DNA from: Heptranchias perlo
Lineage: Eukaryota
Reading direction: 5' to 3'
NCBI RefSeq assembly: GCF_035084215.1
Contig: NC_090340.1
Location: 5,766,001-5,830,000, forward strand
DNA length: 64,000 nt
This document shows, in pieces, positions 48,130-61,850 of the stretch (positions are counted from its first letter, which is position 1; the number at the start of each line of letters is the position of its first letter). Below the pieces are notes generated by a model. That model was not told where the DNA came from, ran no database searches, and saw only the letters and a list, made by a program, of their open reading frames with translations. The position numbers and the translations under genes were made by a program.

Positions 48130-50010
48130 TATACATATCAGAAAATATTTGTGAATATACAAAAAGTATAGTTCCAAAAATGTCAAAAACAGGTTTTCTG
48201 TGGAAGCATGGCCCAAAGATGGCCCAAACAAAGAACAGCAAAGGAAGTCAAAACAGATAGTAAGATCTGCAAAAAGGCAATACGAAAATAAACTTGGGAG
48301 GGATATCACGATTAATACAAAACGTTTTTACAATTATATTAGAAGAAAAAGGGTAGTCAAGAGTAATGTGGATTTTTAAAAATAGATGTGGGCAATATTC
48401 AAATGAAAATAAGGAAATGACAGATTTGTTGAACAATTACTTTGTGTCAGTCTTCACAGCAGAGAAAGAGGATATTATACCTGATATTCCAGGGTAACAA
48501 TGAATCAAGGGGACTGAAACTCAATAAAGCTCAGTAAGAAAGAAAAAAGTATTAGAAAAAATAATGGCACTAAAGACTGAGAAATCCCCAGGACCTGGCA
48601 GTTTCCACGTCAGGGTTATAATGGACGCACGTGAGAAAATTGCAGAAGCTTTAGTCATAATCTTCGAAAGCTCTCTCTATTCAGGAATTGTCCCTTTGGA
48701 TTGGAACATTGCGAACCTATCTCCATTACTTATATAAGGTGAGAGAGAGAATCCTGGAATTATAGACCTGTTAGTCTAACATCTGTTGATGAGAAGATAT
48801 TGGAATCTATAATGAAGGACAGTGAGACGTACAGAAACGTGAGCTGATTAAAGAGAGGCAACGAGGTTTTGTGAAGAGTAGGTCATGTCTAACGAATCTT
48901 TTTTTTTGGAGGAAGTAACTGCAGTAGTAGAGAGGGGAATGACTATGGATGTCATTCATATGGACTAACAGAAGGCATTCGATAAGGTTCCACATAACAG
49001 ACTGGCAGTTAAAATTAAAGCTCATAGAATTGAAATAGTGAGCTGGTTAGGAGATTGATTAGGACGTAGAACACAGTGTAGGGATAATGGCTATGTACTG
49101 CAATTGGAAGGAAGCGATTAATGGAGTCCCACAAGGATCTGTGTTGGGGCCTCAACTATTCACTATATTTATTAATGGCCTGGATAACCAAATAGAGAGC
49201 CATATATCCAAGTATGCCAATGACAGTGATTGGTGGCAAAGTAAGTAGTGTAGATGGAAGCATAAAATTACAAAGAGATATTGACCGATTCTATGAGTTG
49301 GCACAACTGTGGCAGATCGATTTCAACGCAGGTAAGTGTGAGCTCATCCATTTTGGACCGATAAATAATAGATCCGAGCATTTGAAATCGTGAAAAGCTG
49401 GAATCAGTAGAAGTCCAAAGAGATCTATTGGTCCATGCACTCCGGTAACTTAAATGTAGTGGTCAGGAACAAAAAATAATCGAAAAGGCTAATCGAATGT
49501 TAGCCTTTGTATCTAGAGGGCTACAATATAAAAGGAAGGATGTTTTCCTACAACTATCCAGGATGTTACCAGGGGTCCAAGGGTTAAAATATTCGGAGAT
49601 ATTAAATAAACTAGGCTTGTATTCCCTGGAATATAGAAGGCTAAGGGGTGATTTGATTGAGGTTTTTTTAGGATTTTGTAAGGAATTGATAGGAAAGATA
49701 GAGAGAAACCTTTTCTGTTGGTGGGGCAGTCGAGGAAAAGGGGACATAACCTTAAAATCATGGCCGGGCCATTCAGGAGAGAAGTTAGGAAACAGTTTTC
49801 ACAAAAAGCGTGGTAAAAGTATGGAACTCTCCCTCAAAAAGCAGTAGATTCTCGCTCAATTTATAATTTTAAATCTAAGATTTCTGCTAGCAAAGGGAAG
49901 GAACCAAGAAGTGTTTTTGGAGATAGGATACAGATGATCCATGATCTCATTGAAAAGCGAGACATGCTCGAGAGGCTGAGTGGCCTATTCCTGTCCTTAT
50001 GTTCCTATGA
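48130..50010 (+). mobile_element. Degraded CR1 ORF2 (short minus piece at 48130-48240)
   Basis: KSPGPG, NYRPVSLTS, AFDKVPH, GVPQGSVLGP, YSLEYRRLRGD and a CR1 tail. Confidence 0.85.
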
Positions 50011-50159
50011 ATATAACAATCCGATGTTTCTATATTCTGTTTGAGATGTCCATGCAATGATAGTAACGTTACTAAATAATTAATTTATATTTTGAAGTGT
50101 TTATTTGTTTCCATTTATGAAGAGATTAAATAATGTCGAAAAGAATAGGATTACTTACA

Positions 50160-50272
50160 TGTGTGTGTGTGTGTGTGTGTGGCTGTGTCTGTCTGTTTTT
50201 CTGTGCGTGTGTGTGGCTGTGTGTCTGTTTTACTATGCGTGTGCACGTTTCTGTGTGTGTGGTGTGTGAGTG
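50160..50272. repeat. (GT)n-rich microsatellite
   Basis: Direct inspection. Confidence 0.9.
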
Positions 50273-51279
50273 TTTTCCTACATTAACAAGGACCTGCCAA
50301 TTGCTGTGGTCCTGCTTCAAGGCGCCAGTAAGGTTCTGTAGTCTCACTGAATGACCATTGCTCACGAGTGAGCACAGGTGGGGTCCCAGGGCCAATAACC
50401 CTTTTTATATCATAGCCGAGCGACAAGTGACCTCACCCATACTGAAACACATGCACTTATAAGTGGACACAATTAGAACCAGGGTCGCCACCTGATCGCT
50501 GTCCTTCCTCATCACGTGGCACGAAGACCACTTGTGCAACTCCTGCCCCCGCTGAGATCCGATAACTCAGCAGAACAACTTTTCAATTTGGGACCTTCCT
50601 GCTATTTTGGCTCAATACCAACCGCGCCCCGCTGTGCTACAGATCTACTCCTGTATGTCTGGGCACTTGGCCCGTTGGACACTTGCCCCTTTGTGTCCAT
50701 TTCCAGCCTTTGGTGCAGCAAGCGGCTCGTTCTTGCATTTGTAGCTCTTGTGTAATATTCAGACCGATATAATGTGATCACTTTTATGGGAGTTTGTTGC
50801 ATTACATGGGGTCAAACATTACTGGAGTCTGATGTCTTATATCCCTGGTTTTATTCACTAAGCACTACCGTGACACCGTGAGTCCCGCATTCACATTAAT
50901 TTAAACTAACCGGTAATTCTGCTCTGCGATTTGATGCTCGTTTTGTTTAAGCACCGATTGTTTTCGAGGAAGAAGGAACTCTCCTTTCTTTTTAACAGCT
51001 ACATAACTGATGACAAACTGGCATGAGCTGCTCCCGATTTTACCGACTCCAGGAGTGCAACTGCATTAACGCCAAGAAATCAGTGCAGAGGCTGTACCGG
51101 CGGGGAATGGAATGTCGATTTGACGATGTTCATTCTGCCTTATATAGAACCAAGAGCCAATGTATGTTGAGGTTTCCCTGTACATGGCGCAGCTTACCCA
51201 TTTGTGATTGTCCAACACACGGTCCGTGTCATTTATGGGGCAGAAATTCGGTTTGAAGATGATGAAAGTGGCAAGTCCC

Positions 51280-54200
51280 CAGGAATGCAGGGTGATGGGG
51301 GCTCATATCTCGAATGTAGGATGATGTGAGCCAATATCAGGAATCTCGGCTGATCGGGCATGTATCAGGAATGTAGGGTGACGGGGGCCCATATAAGGAA
51401 TGCAGGATGATGGGTGTTCATATCAGGAATGTAATGTGATTGGGGTCCATATCAGGAATGTAGGATGATGGGATCCTATATCCACAATGCCAGGTCTTGG
51501 GGCTAATATCAGGAATATAGGGTGATGGGGGTCCATAACAGGTATATTGGGTGACGGGGCACATGTCAGAATTGCATTGATGTGGGCATATATCAGGAAT
51601 ATAAGGTGATGGGGGCCCATATTAGGAATGCAGAGTAATGGGAATCAAAAGCAGGAATGTACGATGATGAGGGTCCATATCAGTAATAAATAATCAACGA
51701 GGCCCATATCAGGAATATAGAGTGGTTGGGGTCCATATCAGGAATAAATGGTGATGGGGGCACTTATCGGGAATGTAGTATAATGAAGGACTATATCAGG
51801 AATGCATTGATGGAGGTCCATATCAGCAATATAGGGTGATGGGGTCCCATATCAGTAAACTGTGATGGCGCCCCATATCAGGAAGATAGCGTGATGGGAG
51901 CCCCTAATAGGAATGCATTGATGGGGGCCCTTATCAGTAATGTATGTTAATGGGGGCCTGTATGAGGAATGAAAAGTATGGGGACCACATCAGGGATGTA
52001 GGGTGATGGGTGTCAATATAAGGAATATAGAGTGATTGGAGCCTCATATCAGGAATATAGTGCTTTTGGGACCCACATAACGAATAGAGGCTGTTGGAGG
52101 ACCTTATTATGAATGCAAAGTAATGGGAACCCAAAGCAGGAGTATAAACTGATTGAGGGTCCACATCAGGAATTAAAGGAAATGGGGGGCCATATCAGGA
52201 TAAAGGATGAACGGGGCCCATATCAGGAACATAGAGCGATGAGGGCCCCTATCAGGAATATAATTTGATGTGGGCCTATATCCAGAATAAATGGTAATGG
52301 GAGCCCATATCAAGAATATAGGGTAATTGGGGCCGATATCAAGAATACAGGGTGATGGGGGCCCATATCGGGAATGTGATAGGATGGGGGTCCATATCAG
52401 AAATGCAGTTACTAGACTCTATATCTGTAATATAGGGCAAAGGGAGTCCTTGTCATTAGTAAAGGGTAACTTGAGGCCCATATCAAAATAGAGGATGACG
52501 GGGGCCCATATCAGGAATACAGGGTAATGGGCGTCCATGTTAGAATGCAGGGTCATGGCCGGCCATATCAGGAATAGATTAATTAGGATGGAGACCTATA
52601 AACGGATTGAAGGGCAATGGGGTCCTTATGAGGAATGTAAGTTAATGGGAGCCCATATCAGGAATGTAGGCTGAGGGGGCACATGTCAGGAATGTGTGGT
52701 GATGGTTGCACATACAAGGAATGTGGGGTGATGGGGGCGCATATCACGAATGGAGGGTGATGTGGCACATATCCAGAATGGAGGGTGTTTGGACCAATAT
52801 CAGGAATATAGGGTGATGGGGGTCCATATCAGGAATATTGGATGATGGGGGCCCATATTAGTAAAGTTGTGATGGCGGCCAATATCAGGAATATAGCGGG
52901 ATGGGGATTGTATTAGGACTGCATTGGTGGGCGCCCATAAAAGGAATAAAGGGTGAATGGGGGTCATACCAGGAATATAATTTAGGGGGGGCCCACATCA
53001 GGAATAAATTGTGATGGGGGGTCCATATCAGGAACACTTTATGATTGGTGCCCATATCTGGAATATAGGGTGATTAGGGGCAATAACAGTAATGCAGAGA
53101 GATTAGGACCCATATTAAGAATGTTGGTCGATAGGGTCCATATCAGGAATGCAGGTGATGGAGGCTCACAGCCGGAATGCAGGACGATGGGGTCCATATC
53201 AGGAATGCAGGTGATGGAGGCTCACAGCCGGAATGTAGGACGATGGGGTCCATATCAGGAATGCAGGTGATGGAGGCTCACAGCCGGAATGTAGGACGAT
53301 GGGGTCCATATCAGGAATGCAGGTGATGGAGGCTCACAGCCGGAATGCAGGGCGATGGGGTCCACATCAGGAATGCAGGTGATGGAGGCTCACAGCCGGA
53401 ATACAGTGCGATGTCGCCCATGTCAGGAATGTTGGTTCATGGGGCCCGTATCAGGAATGCAGGGTGATTGGGAACCAAATCAGGAATATAGGCTGATGGG
53501 GGTCCATATCAGGAATGTAGGATGATGGTGGACTTTATCAGTAATGTAGGGCGATTCGCGCCCATATCAAGAATAAAGGGTGATTGAGGCCCATAACAGG
53601 AATATGGCGTGTTTGGGGCCAATATCAAGAATGCCTTGATAGCTGCCCATAACAGGAAGTTAAGTAGATGGGAGCCAATATTAGGAATGAAGAGTGATGG
53701 GGACCCATATTAGGAAAGTAGGATGATGAGGGCCCATATCAGGCTTGTAGGATGATAGAGGCTTATATCATGAATGTAGGGTGATATGTGCCCATATCAG
53801 GAATAAAGGGTAATGGAGGCCCAAATCAGGAATATATGGTGATTGGGACCCATATCAAGAATGGAGACTGCTGGGAGCCCATATCAGAATTATAGAGTGA
53901 AAGTGATCCATATTAGGAATGCAGTGATGGGGGCCCATATCAGGAATGCAGGGTCTTGGAGGCCCACATCAGTGTTGTAGGGCGATGGGGGCCATATCAG
54001 AATTAGAGTTATTGGGGCCCATTTAAGGAATAAAGAGTGATGGAGGACCTATGATGAATACAAGGTGATGGGTGTCCATATCAGGAATGTAAGATGATGG
54101 GGGCTCACAGGCGGAATGTAAAGTGATTAAGTCCATATCAGGAGTGCAGGTTGATGTGGGCATATCAGTAATTCAGGGTGATGGGGGCCCATATCTGGAA

Positions 54201-54350
54201 TGTGTGGTAATGGGTGCTCACAGCTAAAATTCAGGGCCATGTGGTCCATATCAGGAATGGAGGACGATGTAACCCCTATCACGAATGTTGGTTGATGGGG
54301 CCCGTATCAAGATGGGGCCCATTTCAGTAATGTAGGGTGATGGGGGCCTC
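51280..54350. repeat. ~3.1-kb minisatellite, 28-29 bp unit (~105 copies), consensus ~CATATCAGGAATGTAGGGTGATGGGGGCC
   Basis: Head-to-tail diverged units without unique spacers; homogeneous 56-bp dimer block at 53139-53403. Confidence 0.95.
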
Positions 54351-54817
54351 ATCCATGACGGCGTCTCTCTCTCTCTCTGAATATCAAATTCTTTATCCAA
54401 TGAGCGGTAATTTTAGACATGGTCCCTGGACTGTTCGCCTTTGACCAGGATTGAAACACACTGTAACACGTGACTGTTTGCTATCGGTTCTAAAAAAAGA
54501 TTAAATAAAGGCAGCACATTTCAGATTTGTCTTATTTTAGATTGTCTTTAAGGATTTTATTTAATTTTAATATATCAGCGCATCAGACGAATTGTAATAA
54601 AATTAATGCGCCATGAAATATTAACAATAGGTGTGGAATGTGGGGCAGGGATGGAGCAAAATGATAATAAGATCACGGACAGGAGTTTAGTCCCTGCTCA
54701 GCTATATTGACGGACTGGAGAAGCCAAATTGAGCACTGGAATTAAATTCGAAGGGAGACATCGCTCCCATCTCCTGGGCTAAAACAACTCTAGTCCTGCC
54801 CCAGTCACACCATCACC

Positions 54818-54941
54818 ATGGGATCTAGTTCACAGAACTTACTGTCACTCTCCGTATGTGAACGATTTTTACACTGGGAGCAATACTGGACTGTGTTAAA
54901 CGGGAGAGTTACCAGAGGGGAACTGATCTCTGCGCTCACAG
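54818..54941 (+). pseudogene. Candidate degenerate leader exon for the IgSF V pseudo-exon at 57104
   Basis: ACCATGG Kozak context, 41 codons plus 1 nt ending LISALT-G|GTAATC (phase 1). Splices in frame to give ...LISALT-V-EVQ. The hydrophobic core is weak. Confidence 0.35.
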
Positions 54942-55774
54942 GTAATCGGGATCGATTTATACAAATACCTTTACTGACAGGATCCCGTGTGCGCAGGGCA
55001 GCGAAACACGGCCCTTGTAAAGTCACGTGAATTTGTATTGGATAAGGTACCATCAGTGTTGGAGGAGACGACTGGGACAGAAGAGGGAAAAGACTCAGAT
55101 TAAGGAGGCGGGCCGCCCTATAGACTGGAATCTACTCCATGCACTTCAGTTACCGGCCCATAATCATTAATGTCCTCAGGGGTCCCGTCACTCAGGACGA
55201 TTCTGATTAATACTTCCTGTTAACCTTCGAATAAATGGAGCAGTTTTATTAAGGGACCTGGAATTTTACAGCTCACCCTGCACTCAACCTTTAACCGTTT
55301 GATCAGTAAACCTCATCATTTGTATCTAGTGACATACCGTAGTTCGTTATTTGTTCTCTTGTTTCTTTTTGAAATGTGTTTATTTCTCCTTTTTGAACGG
55401 ATATTCCCTCTCATAATGTGCCATCCTGTTCCTCTTTCCTAACCCACTCCTCGCGGTTTGAAAGCTGGTTGCTTCTGAGTGTTCACATGCCTCTATGCAG
55501 CCGCAAGGATCACAGGGACGGACTTGTGGTGAATCCCCATGAGCACACTCCTCCAAATCGAAATCATGGGCTCACATTTGGTGTGCGGTGGATTGAGATG
55601 AATCCCAATTAAAATGTATTTTGCCCGCTTAGAGAATCCCATCCACAGAAACCCTGTTGTAAGGAACCAGCCCCACAAATGTAAGAAACCAATCTCCAAA
55701 TACGTGTCCGGAGAGATGGGGGCCCAGAGATTTTCTTTTAATCATCACTCTACAGAGAGGGTCGATTAGGGCAA

Positions 55775-56950
55775 TGTAGTTGACTTTCAAAAGGCGTTTG
55801 ATAAAGTGCCGCATAATAGACTTGTCATCAAGATTGAAGCCCATGGAATAAAAGGGGCAGTAGCAGCATGAATAAAGAATTGGCTAAATAACAGGAAACC
55901 GAGAGTAGTGGTGAATGGCTGTTATTTGGCCTGGAGAGAGGTGTACAGTGGTGTTCCCCAGGGGTCGATACAAGGAACACTGCTTTTCTTGACATATATT
56001 AATGACTTGGACTTGAGTGTGCAGGGTGCAATTTCCAAATTTGCAGATAACACAAAACTTGGAAGAGTCGTGAGCAGTGAGGAGGATAGGAGTAAACTTC
56101 AAAAGGATTGGTGGCATGGGCAGACACGTGGCAGATGAAATTTAACGCAGAAAATGCGGAGTGAGACATTTCGAAAGGAGGAATGAAGAGAGACAATACA
56201 CACTAAAGGGCACTATTCTAAAATGGGTCCAGGAACCGAGAGATCGGGGGGTATATGTTCACAAATCGTTGAAGGTGGCAGGGCAGGTTGAAAAATCGGT
56301 TAAAAAAACATACCATGTTCGGAGGCTTTATAAATAAAGGTATTGAGTACAAAAGCAAGGAAGTCATGATGAACCTTTATAAAACATTGGTTCGGCCACA
56401 ACTGGAGTATTGTGTCCAGTTCTGGGCACAGCAATTTAGGAAAGATGTGAAGGCCTTAGAGAGGGTGCAGAAGAGATTTACTAGAATTATTCCAGGGATA
56501 AGGGACTTTACTTACGTGGATAGACTGGAGAAGCTGGGGTTGTTCTTCTTGGAACAGAAAAGGTTGAGAGGATATTTTATAGATATATTCAAAATCATGA
56601 AAGGTCTAGACAGAGTAGATAGAGTGAAACTGTTCCCATTGGCGGGAGGGTCAAAAACCAGAGGGCATAGATTTAAGGTGATTGGCAAAAGAACCAAAGG
56701 TGACATGAGGAAAAACTTTTTCACACAGCGAGTGGCTATGATCTAGAATCCACTGCTCTCGGGGGTGCTGGAGGCAGATTCAATCCTGGCTTCGAAAAAG
56801 GAACTGGATAAGTACTGGAAAGGAAAAAAAAATGCAGTGTTGCGGGGATAGGGAGGGGCAGTGGAACTAGCTGGATTGCTTTTGCGTAGAGCTGGCACTG
56901 ACTCGATGGACCGAATGGCCTCTTTCCATGCTGTAACCTTTCTATGATTC
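55775..56950 (+). mobile_element. CR1 3' part (RT and tail)
   Basis: GVPQGSIQG, KFADNTK, RPQLEYCVQFW, TRGHRFK. Confidence 0.9.
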
Positions 56951-57103
56951 TAGTCATTAGAGAAACACGGCAGCAAGGAATTCTCATGTAAAAGCAGGAT
57001 AATACAAAAGAGATGGCGTTATTATCGCTTTTACAAAGTATATATTCTGTCGGTTTTGAATGTTTCTCTTTACTTCTTTCTCAATGCGATTTTCTTTCTT
57101 CAG

Positions 57104-57422
57104 TTGAGGTCCAAAATGTTATTATCCATACAGAAAACAGTCGGATAAAAGTGAAAGTCGGACGCAACGCACATTTGTTTCAGTGCAGTGGTCAGTTGAG
57201 ACGACGATTGGGGACTGGGCATTCGGGGAGGTAACTATTGCTGTATGGATAGGTACAATTGTTTATATAAGTAACAAATGCACGACGCGGGTTGAGTTAT
57301 TCCTCATAAACGGATCACTCCTGCTGAATTCAGTGACAGGATGCGATAGTGGATAATACTCTGCTATCATTTTTCAAGGATGTGAAATCGCGCATCCACA
57401 ACCATTAGCCTAGGTATGTTTG
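57104..57422 (+). pseudogene. Pseudo-exon of a CEACAM/HEPACAM/CD2-like N-terminal V domain
   Basis: Acceptor ttttctttcttcag| and donor TTTG|GTAAGT. Repaired translation: EVQNVIIHTENSRIKVKVGRNAH/SVQWSVETTIGDWAFGEVTIAVWIGTIVYISNKCTTRVELFLINGSLLLNSVTGCDSG*YSAIIFQ.../RASTTISL. Two frameshifts and one stop. Confidence 0.75.
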
Positions 57423-58039
57423 GTAAGTGATTCATTAACTATTTTAATTGTATCCCTCTCACAATTCATTCTTCACCGGTTATATAAGCATCTTCGCGGT
57501 AAACCTAAAATAATTCTACATCCTGCATCACTGTCACCATAGCACACCCAATCTCGCTCTATTGATATGTTTAGTTTGACAACTGAACGCTGAGTAAAAT
57601 ATATTAGCCTCTGGCATTCTTTATCATAGATTATTACTTTACCAGGAATCAAATTAGATCGCTGTCATCCAGTGTAGTCCCCACCAAAATCTATTATTGC
57701 ACGCAACAGGAAGTGTTGGATATGCACAGTGGATCAATGAGAGCCTTGAGGAAAACCAGACGCAAACGCTTCACGTGGCATTTTTGCAAAGCTGGGGACA
57801 TACTCAGTTCATTTTTGCAAATAAAGGTTTAACTTCCTTGTTTCCCTAGAGTCATAGAAATGTGGAAATACCAATGGGGTTGTGCAGAATGTTGCTGTAG
57901 GTAAGTCAATGCAGAATGAAGTTAAATGGGGAATAGAGAAATCCCGCATATCATATTGGAGCTGTCGCAAAGCCACCCAGCTGCAAAGCCACTTCGCCAG
58001 TATAACTGATGAAAAGATGCGTGGAGTGTGCGATATTTC

Positions 58040-58695
58040 ATAAGAACATACGAACATATGAATTAAGAGCAGGAGTAGGCCATTTGGCCCCTCGAGCCTG
58101 CACTGCCATTTGATAAGGTCATGCCTGATCTGATTGCGACCTCAACACTTCTTTCTCATCTACCTACTATAACCTTTGACTCCCTTGTTAATCATGAATC
58201 TAACTAACTCAGCATTAAAAATATTCAATGACCCTGCCTCCACCGCTCTCTGAGGAAGAGAGTTCCACAGACTCACGACACACTGAAATAAAAATATCTC
58301 ATCAGCTCTGTCTTAAATGGGAGGCCCCTTATTTTAAAACTGTGGCCCTTAGTTCTAGTCTCTCCCACCAGGGGAAACACCCTCTCGGCATCTACCACTT
58401 CAATTCCCCTCAGGACTTTACCTGTCATTCTTCTAAACTCCAATGTATACAGGCCCAACTTGTCCAGCCTTTCCTCTTAAGATAACCCCATCATCCCAGG
58501 AATCAGTCCAGTGAACCTTTTCTGAACCGCCTCCAAAGCAATTATGTCCTTTCTTAAATAAGAAGACCAAAATTGAACACAGTATTCTAGATGTGGTCTC
58601 ACCAATGCCCTGTACAACTGTAGCAAAACATCTCTACTTTTATATTCCATTCCCCTTGCAATAAATGACAACATTCCATTTGCCTTCCTAATTTC
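58040..58695 (-). mobile_element. CR1 3' fragment
   Basis: MLSFIARGMEYK...RPHLEYCVQFW, TKGHSFKIR and a reverse-complement tail. Confidence 0.88.
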
Positions 58696-59546
58696 TGGGC
58701 AACGAATCAGGGAAATTCTCTTGAATCCACAAGACGGTCGCTATCTCAAAAAGGAAGTACCAGTCAGCTCAGATTTTCTTCATTAAGCAGTTCAACCAAA
58801 AACAATCTAAATGTATTTGCTTGCCACAGATTGGCTGATTCTAACACAGTATTGAGTCTCTCAGTTGCAGCTGCGGAATACACAAAAACGGGATCAGTCC
58901 CATCTGGATTTGGACAAATGCGAAGCCCATATATAAATGTTGTGCTTTTAGCATTTGACCACCTTGTCTTACAAGGATTATGCTGCGTTTTTGAAATTTC
59001 AGCTATTGCTATTTTATTCTAGACTTCAGTTATATCCTAAACAATGCCCAACAAATACTCAGCACAAAGTTCAGATTATTAGCAGGACAATTATTTTTCG
59101 TATTATATAGTTCGTGAATGTTGTTATTCTAATTTGATTATATTGATTCAAATATGTAATATCTATCCTACCCACCCTTATGTGATTTCCTTGTGGAAGG
59201 AATGTGTGTTGGCTGGTTGCAAGATTTCGCTGAGCCCGCAGGGATTCCGGTAACCCTGGACGCCAATGGGCTGTAAATTGCATTCGGTTCTACATGTGAG
59301 TCAGCAACGCCGGAAGTTATAGTGGTTTGCTCTTATTGCCTGATTTAATATAACTTTTCCCATGGCTGATGCAACAGGACCTTCAGCGGGAGGGAGGCAC
59401 TTTAAGAACACTAGGACCAGTATCCCGACAATTATTTATCAAGGAACCGGACGAATCCTTAACCGCTTGTCAAGGAATCATCTGAGTTTACCGCCCAGCT
59501 GAAGCACCAGGAGTGAATGTTACCCAACTTTGGTTCGTCGAATTGC

Positions 59547-60342
59547 CTTGAGTCACACAGTTCCTTCAGAATTTGGGCTCACCTTACAAACCTCCAGTTA
59601 AAATACCCAGAAGCTGCTGAGTCAAACATCAAAGAAGATGTCAGAGGATATGTCATGCACGCAGTGAAGTGACACAACTTCAGGCTTTTCATCAACGCAA
59701 CAAATTTCAGAGGTTATGGAGGAAGTTCAGTTGAACCTCTGTAATTCCGATATTATGTGCTGGTGGTTAACAATGTTCCTGCACTTAAACGACCTCGGCC
59801 AATATCAGCTGCAAGGCTGATCAGGTTGCTTGCCTTCTCTGGGACGTTGGTGTTTGCTTCTCTGGTGCCGAGGTGATCAGCTTCCTTCTGTACAGGTGTT
59901 ATCTGTTCCTCTGGAATCCTCTGTCCCGGTGCTAATCCACCTTATGCACTGGCAATGGTTTCTGGACTAACCGGCTTATATTTTGCCCTCCCCAAACTCA
60001 GGAAAATTTGAACATTTAAGTAACATTGTTACATCAGCCTGCTATTGGCTGGTGTAGTGCCAGCTGACTTTTGGAATCTCTCTCCCTTTGCTTTAGATGC
60101 ACTTTTTCTTTTTAGAGACACCCTTCGACACACACGAGGAAAAGTTTACAGAAATCAAAGAAGGAAAGCGAAGAAGCAAAGAAAACCAAGAAAAGTATGA
60201 AAAGCCTGAAGTTGTGTCACTTCATTTCGTGCATGACATGTCCTCTGACTTCTTCTTCGATGATTCACTCAGCAGCTCCTGGGTATCTTAGCTGAATGTT
60301 TATAAGGTGAGCCCATATTCACTAAGAACTGGGTGATGCAAG
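59547..60342. repeat. Inverted repeat: 146-bp arms (59547-59692 / 60197-60342), 504-bp spacer
   Basis: Ungapped manual alignment gives about 21 mismatches in 146; the innermost 28 bp are identical. Confidence 0.9.
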
Positions 60343-61444
60343 ACGAAACACCCTCTTATATACCCTATATTTTAAAACGAAACCCCTCTCCATTCCATTG
60401 ACCAGTCTTATTCAAATATGTGTCAGAAGAGTTCATTTCTTGTTGGTTTCAGTCATCTCAAACAGCCATGTTAGTGCCCCAGGTAACGTCAGGTTGTAGG
60501 AATCTGAAAAATCCAGACATGTTAAGTGGTAATTCACCGCCTTTGCTTCTCAGTCACTTAGTACAAAGAGCTGATGTGTTGTTTGATGTGGAATCACCAG
60601 CTTATCTCTCCTACTGAACTATCTTTGGGCCTGCTGCCGTGAAGGCACACACTTGTTTAAATTCTGTTGTCAAAGGCATTCACAGTTCTTAGCTGTTAAG
60701 TAGCTTTCAGTTCTGTCTGGCGAATGACTCTATTTTGAGGATGTCCTTAAGACATTTGCAGGGCATTGTACCTCCAGTATCAGTCCCATAAAGTGATTGT
60801 CTTCTTTCCCTGATCTATTGCACACGAGCACTTGTCATTCAGTAATGTTTTATTGTACAGCTATATTAGTGAGCTGACTTTGCTTCTCCATTGGTATGTA
60901 ATTAGCTTAATTGTTCTTAAGTGAAGTTCACAGCAGTTTTAGCAGTTTAGTGTTAAATCCTGTTACGTTGGATGGGAAATTGTGTGAGAGAGATCGCCCA
61001 GATTTTTAATTCTAGACTGTAAAGAATATTTGTGAGTTAACCAGAAAAATCCTCCAAAAATATTTAGGGAAAAACAATTTAACCATAAACAGCACAGCAA
61101 GGAAATACTTGTTGGCTTATTTCAGGAGTTTGAAGGTTTGACGAAGGATTCACATATCAGGTGCATGATTTTATTGATAGAAACAGAATTAATCCGCAGC
61201 ATCTAAACATCAGTTGTGTCACAGTAAATTATTTATTTTTAAAAGAATAATGGGATGGCCTATATTTTTCTTATTGGCAAAAACAATGTTGATTTTGCAA
61301 CTGAAATAATGTATTAATTCGTTACTAGGCTGCAGGTAAGTGATGTGTGTAATTCATCAGTTTTACGCCAATTGGCTTTAGTAATACAAGGGAAAGTGGA
61401 CTAAGGGAAGGTGAAAGGCTTTGGTATAAGAAGAAATAAAGAAT

Positions 61445-61850
61445 TTGGATTTATTTAATGCTTTTCCCAACCACAGGAAGTCCCAAAGCGCTTCACAACA
61501 AATTAAGTAATTTTTTGAAGAGTAGTCAACGTTGTAATGGAGGAAACGCAGTAACCATTTGTTTGCACAGAAAGATACCACAAACAGCGTTGAAATAAAT
61601 CACCATATAATCTGTTTTAGTCATGTTAGTTAAGGGATAGTTGTTTACCAGGTCCCAGGAAGAACTCCCCTGTGCTTCTTTAAATATTGACATGGAATCT
61701 TTACCTGACCGAGCAGTGGGGGCCTTGATTTATTGTCTCATCGGAAATATGTCACATCCAAAAGTGCAGCACTCCCTCAGTATTGCACTGATGTGTCAGC
61801 TTAGATTATGTGTCCAAATCTCAAGGGTGGGGCATGAACCCAACGATCTT
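61445..61850 (-). mobile_element. Near full-length Deu-domain SINE (SacSINE1/AmnSINE-like)
   Basis: Minus strand: B-box-like GGGTTCATGCC, Deu-like core CAGTGCAATACTGAGGGAGTGCTGCAC and L2-like tail GTGAAGCGCTTTGGGAC. Confidence 0.65.

Noticed and set aside
51280-54350. CRISPR array or Ig switch region
   Set aside because: Eukaryotic context, no unique spacers or cas genes, no AGCT-rich switch motifs and no IgH constant exons.
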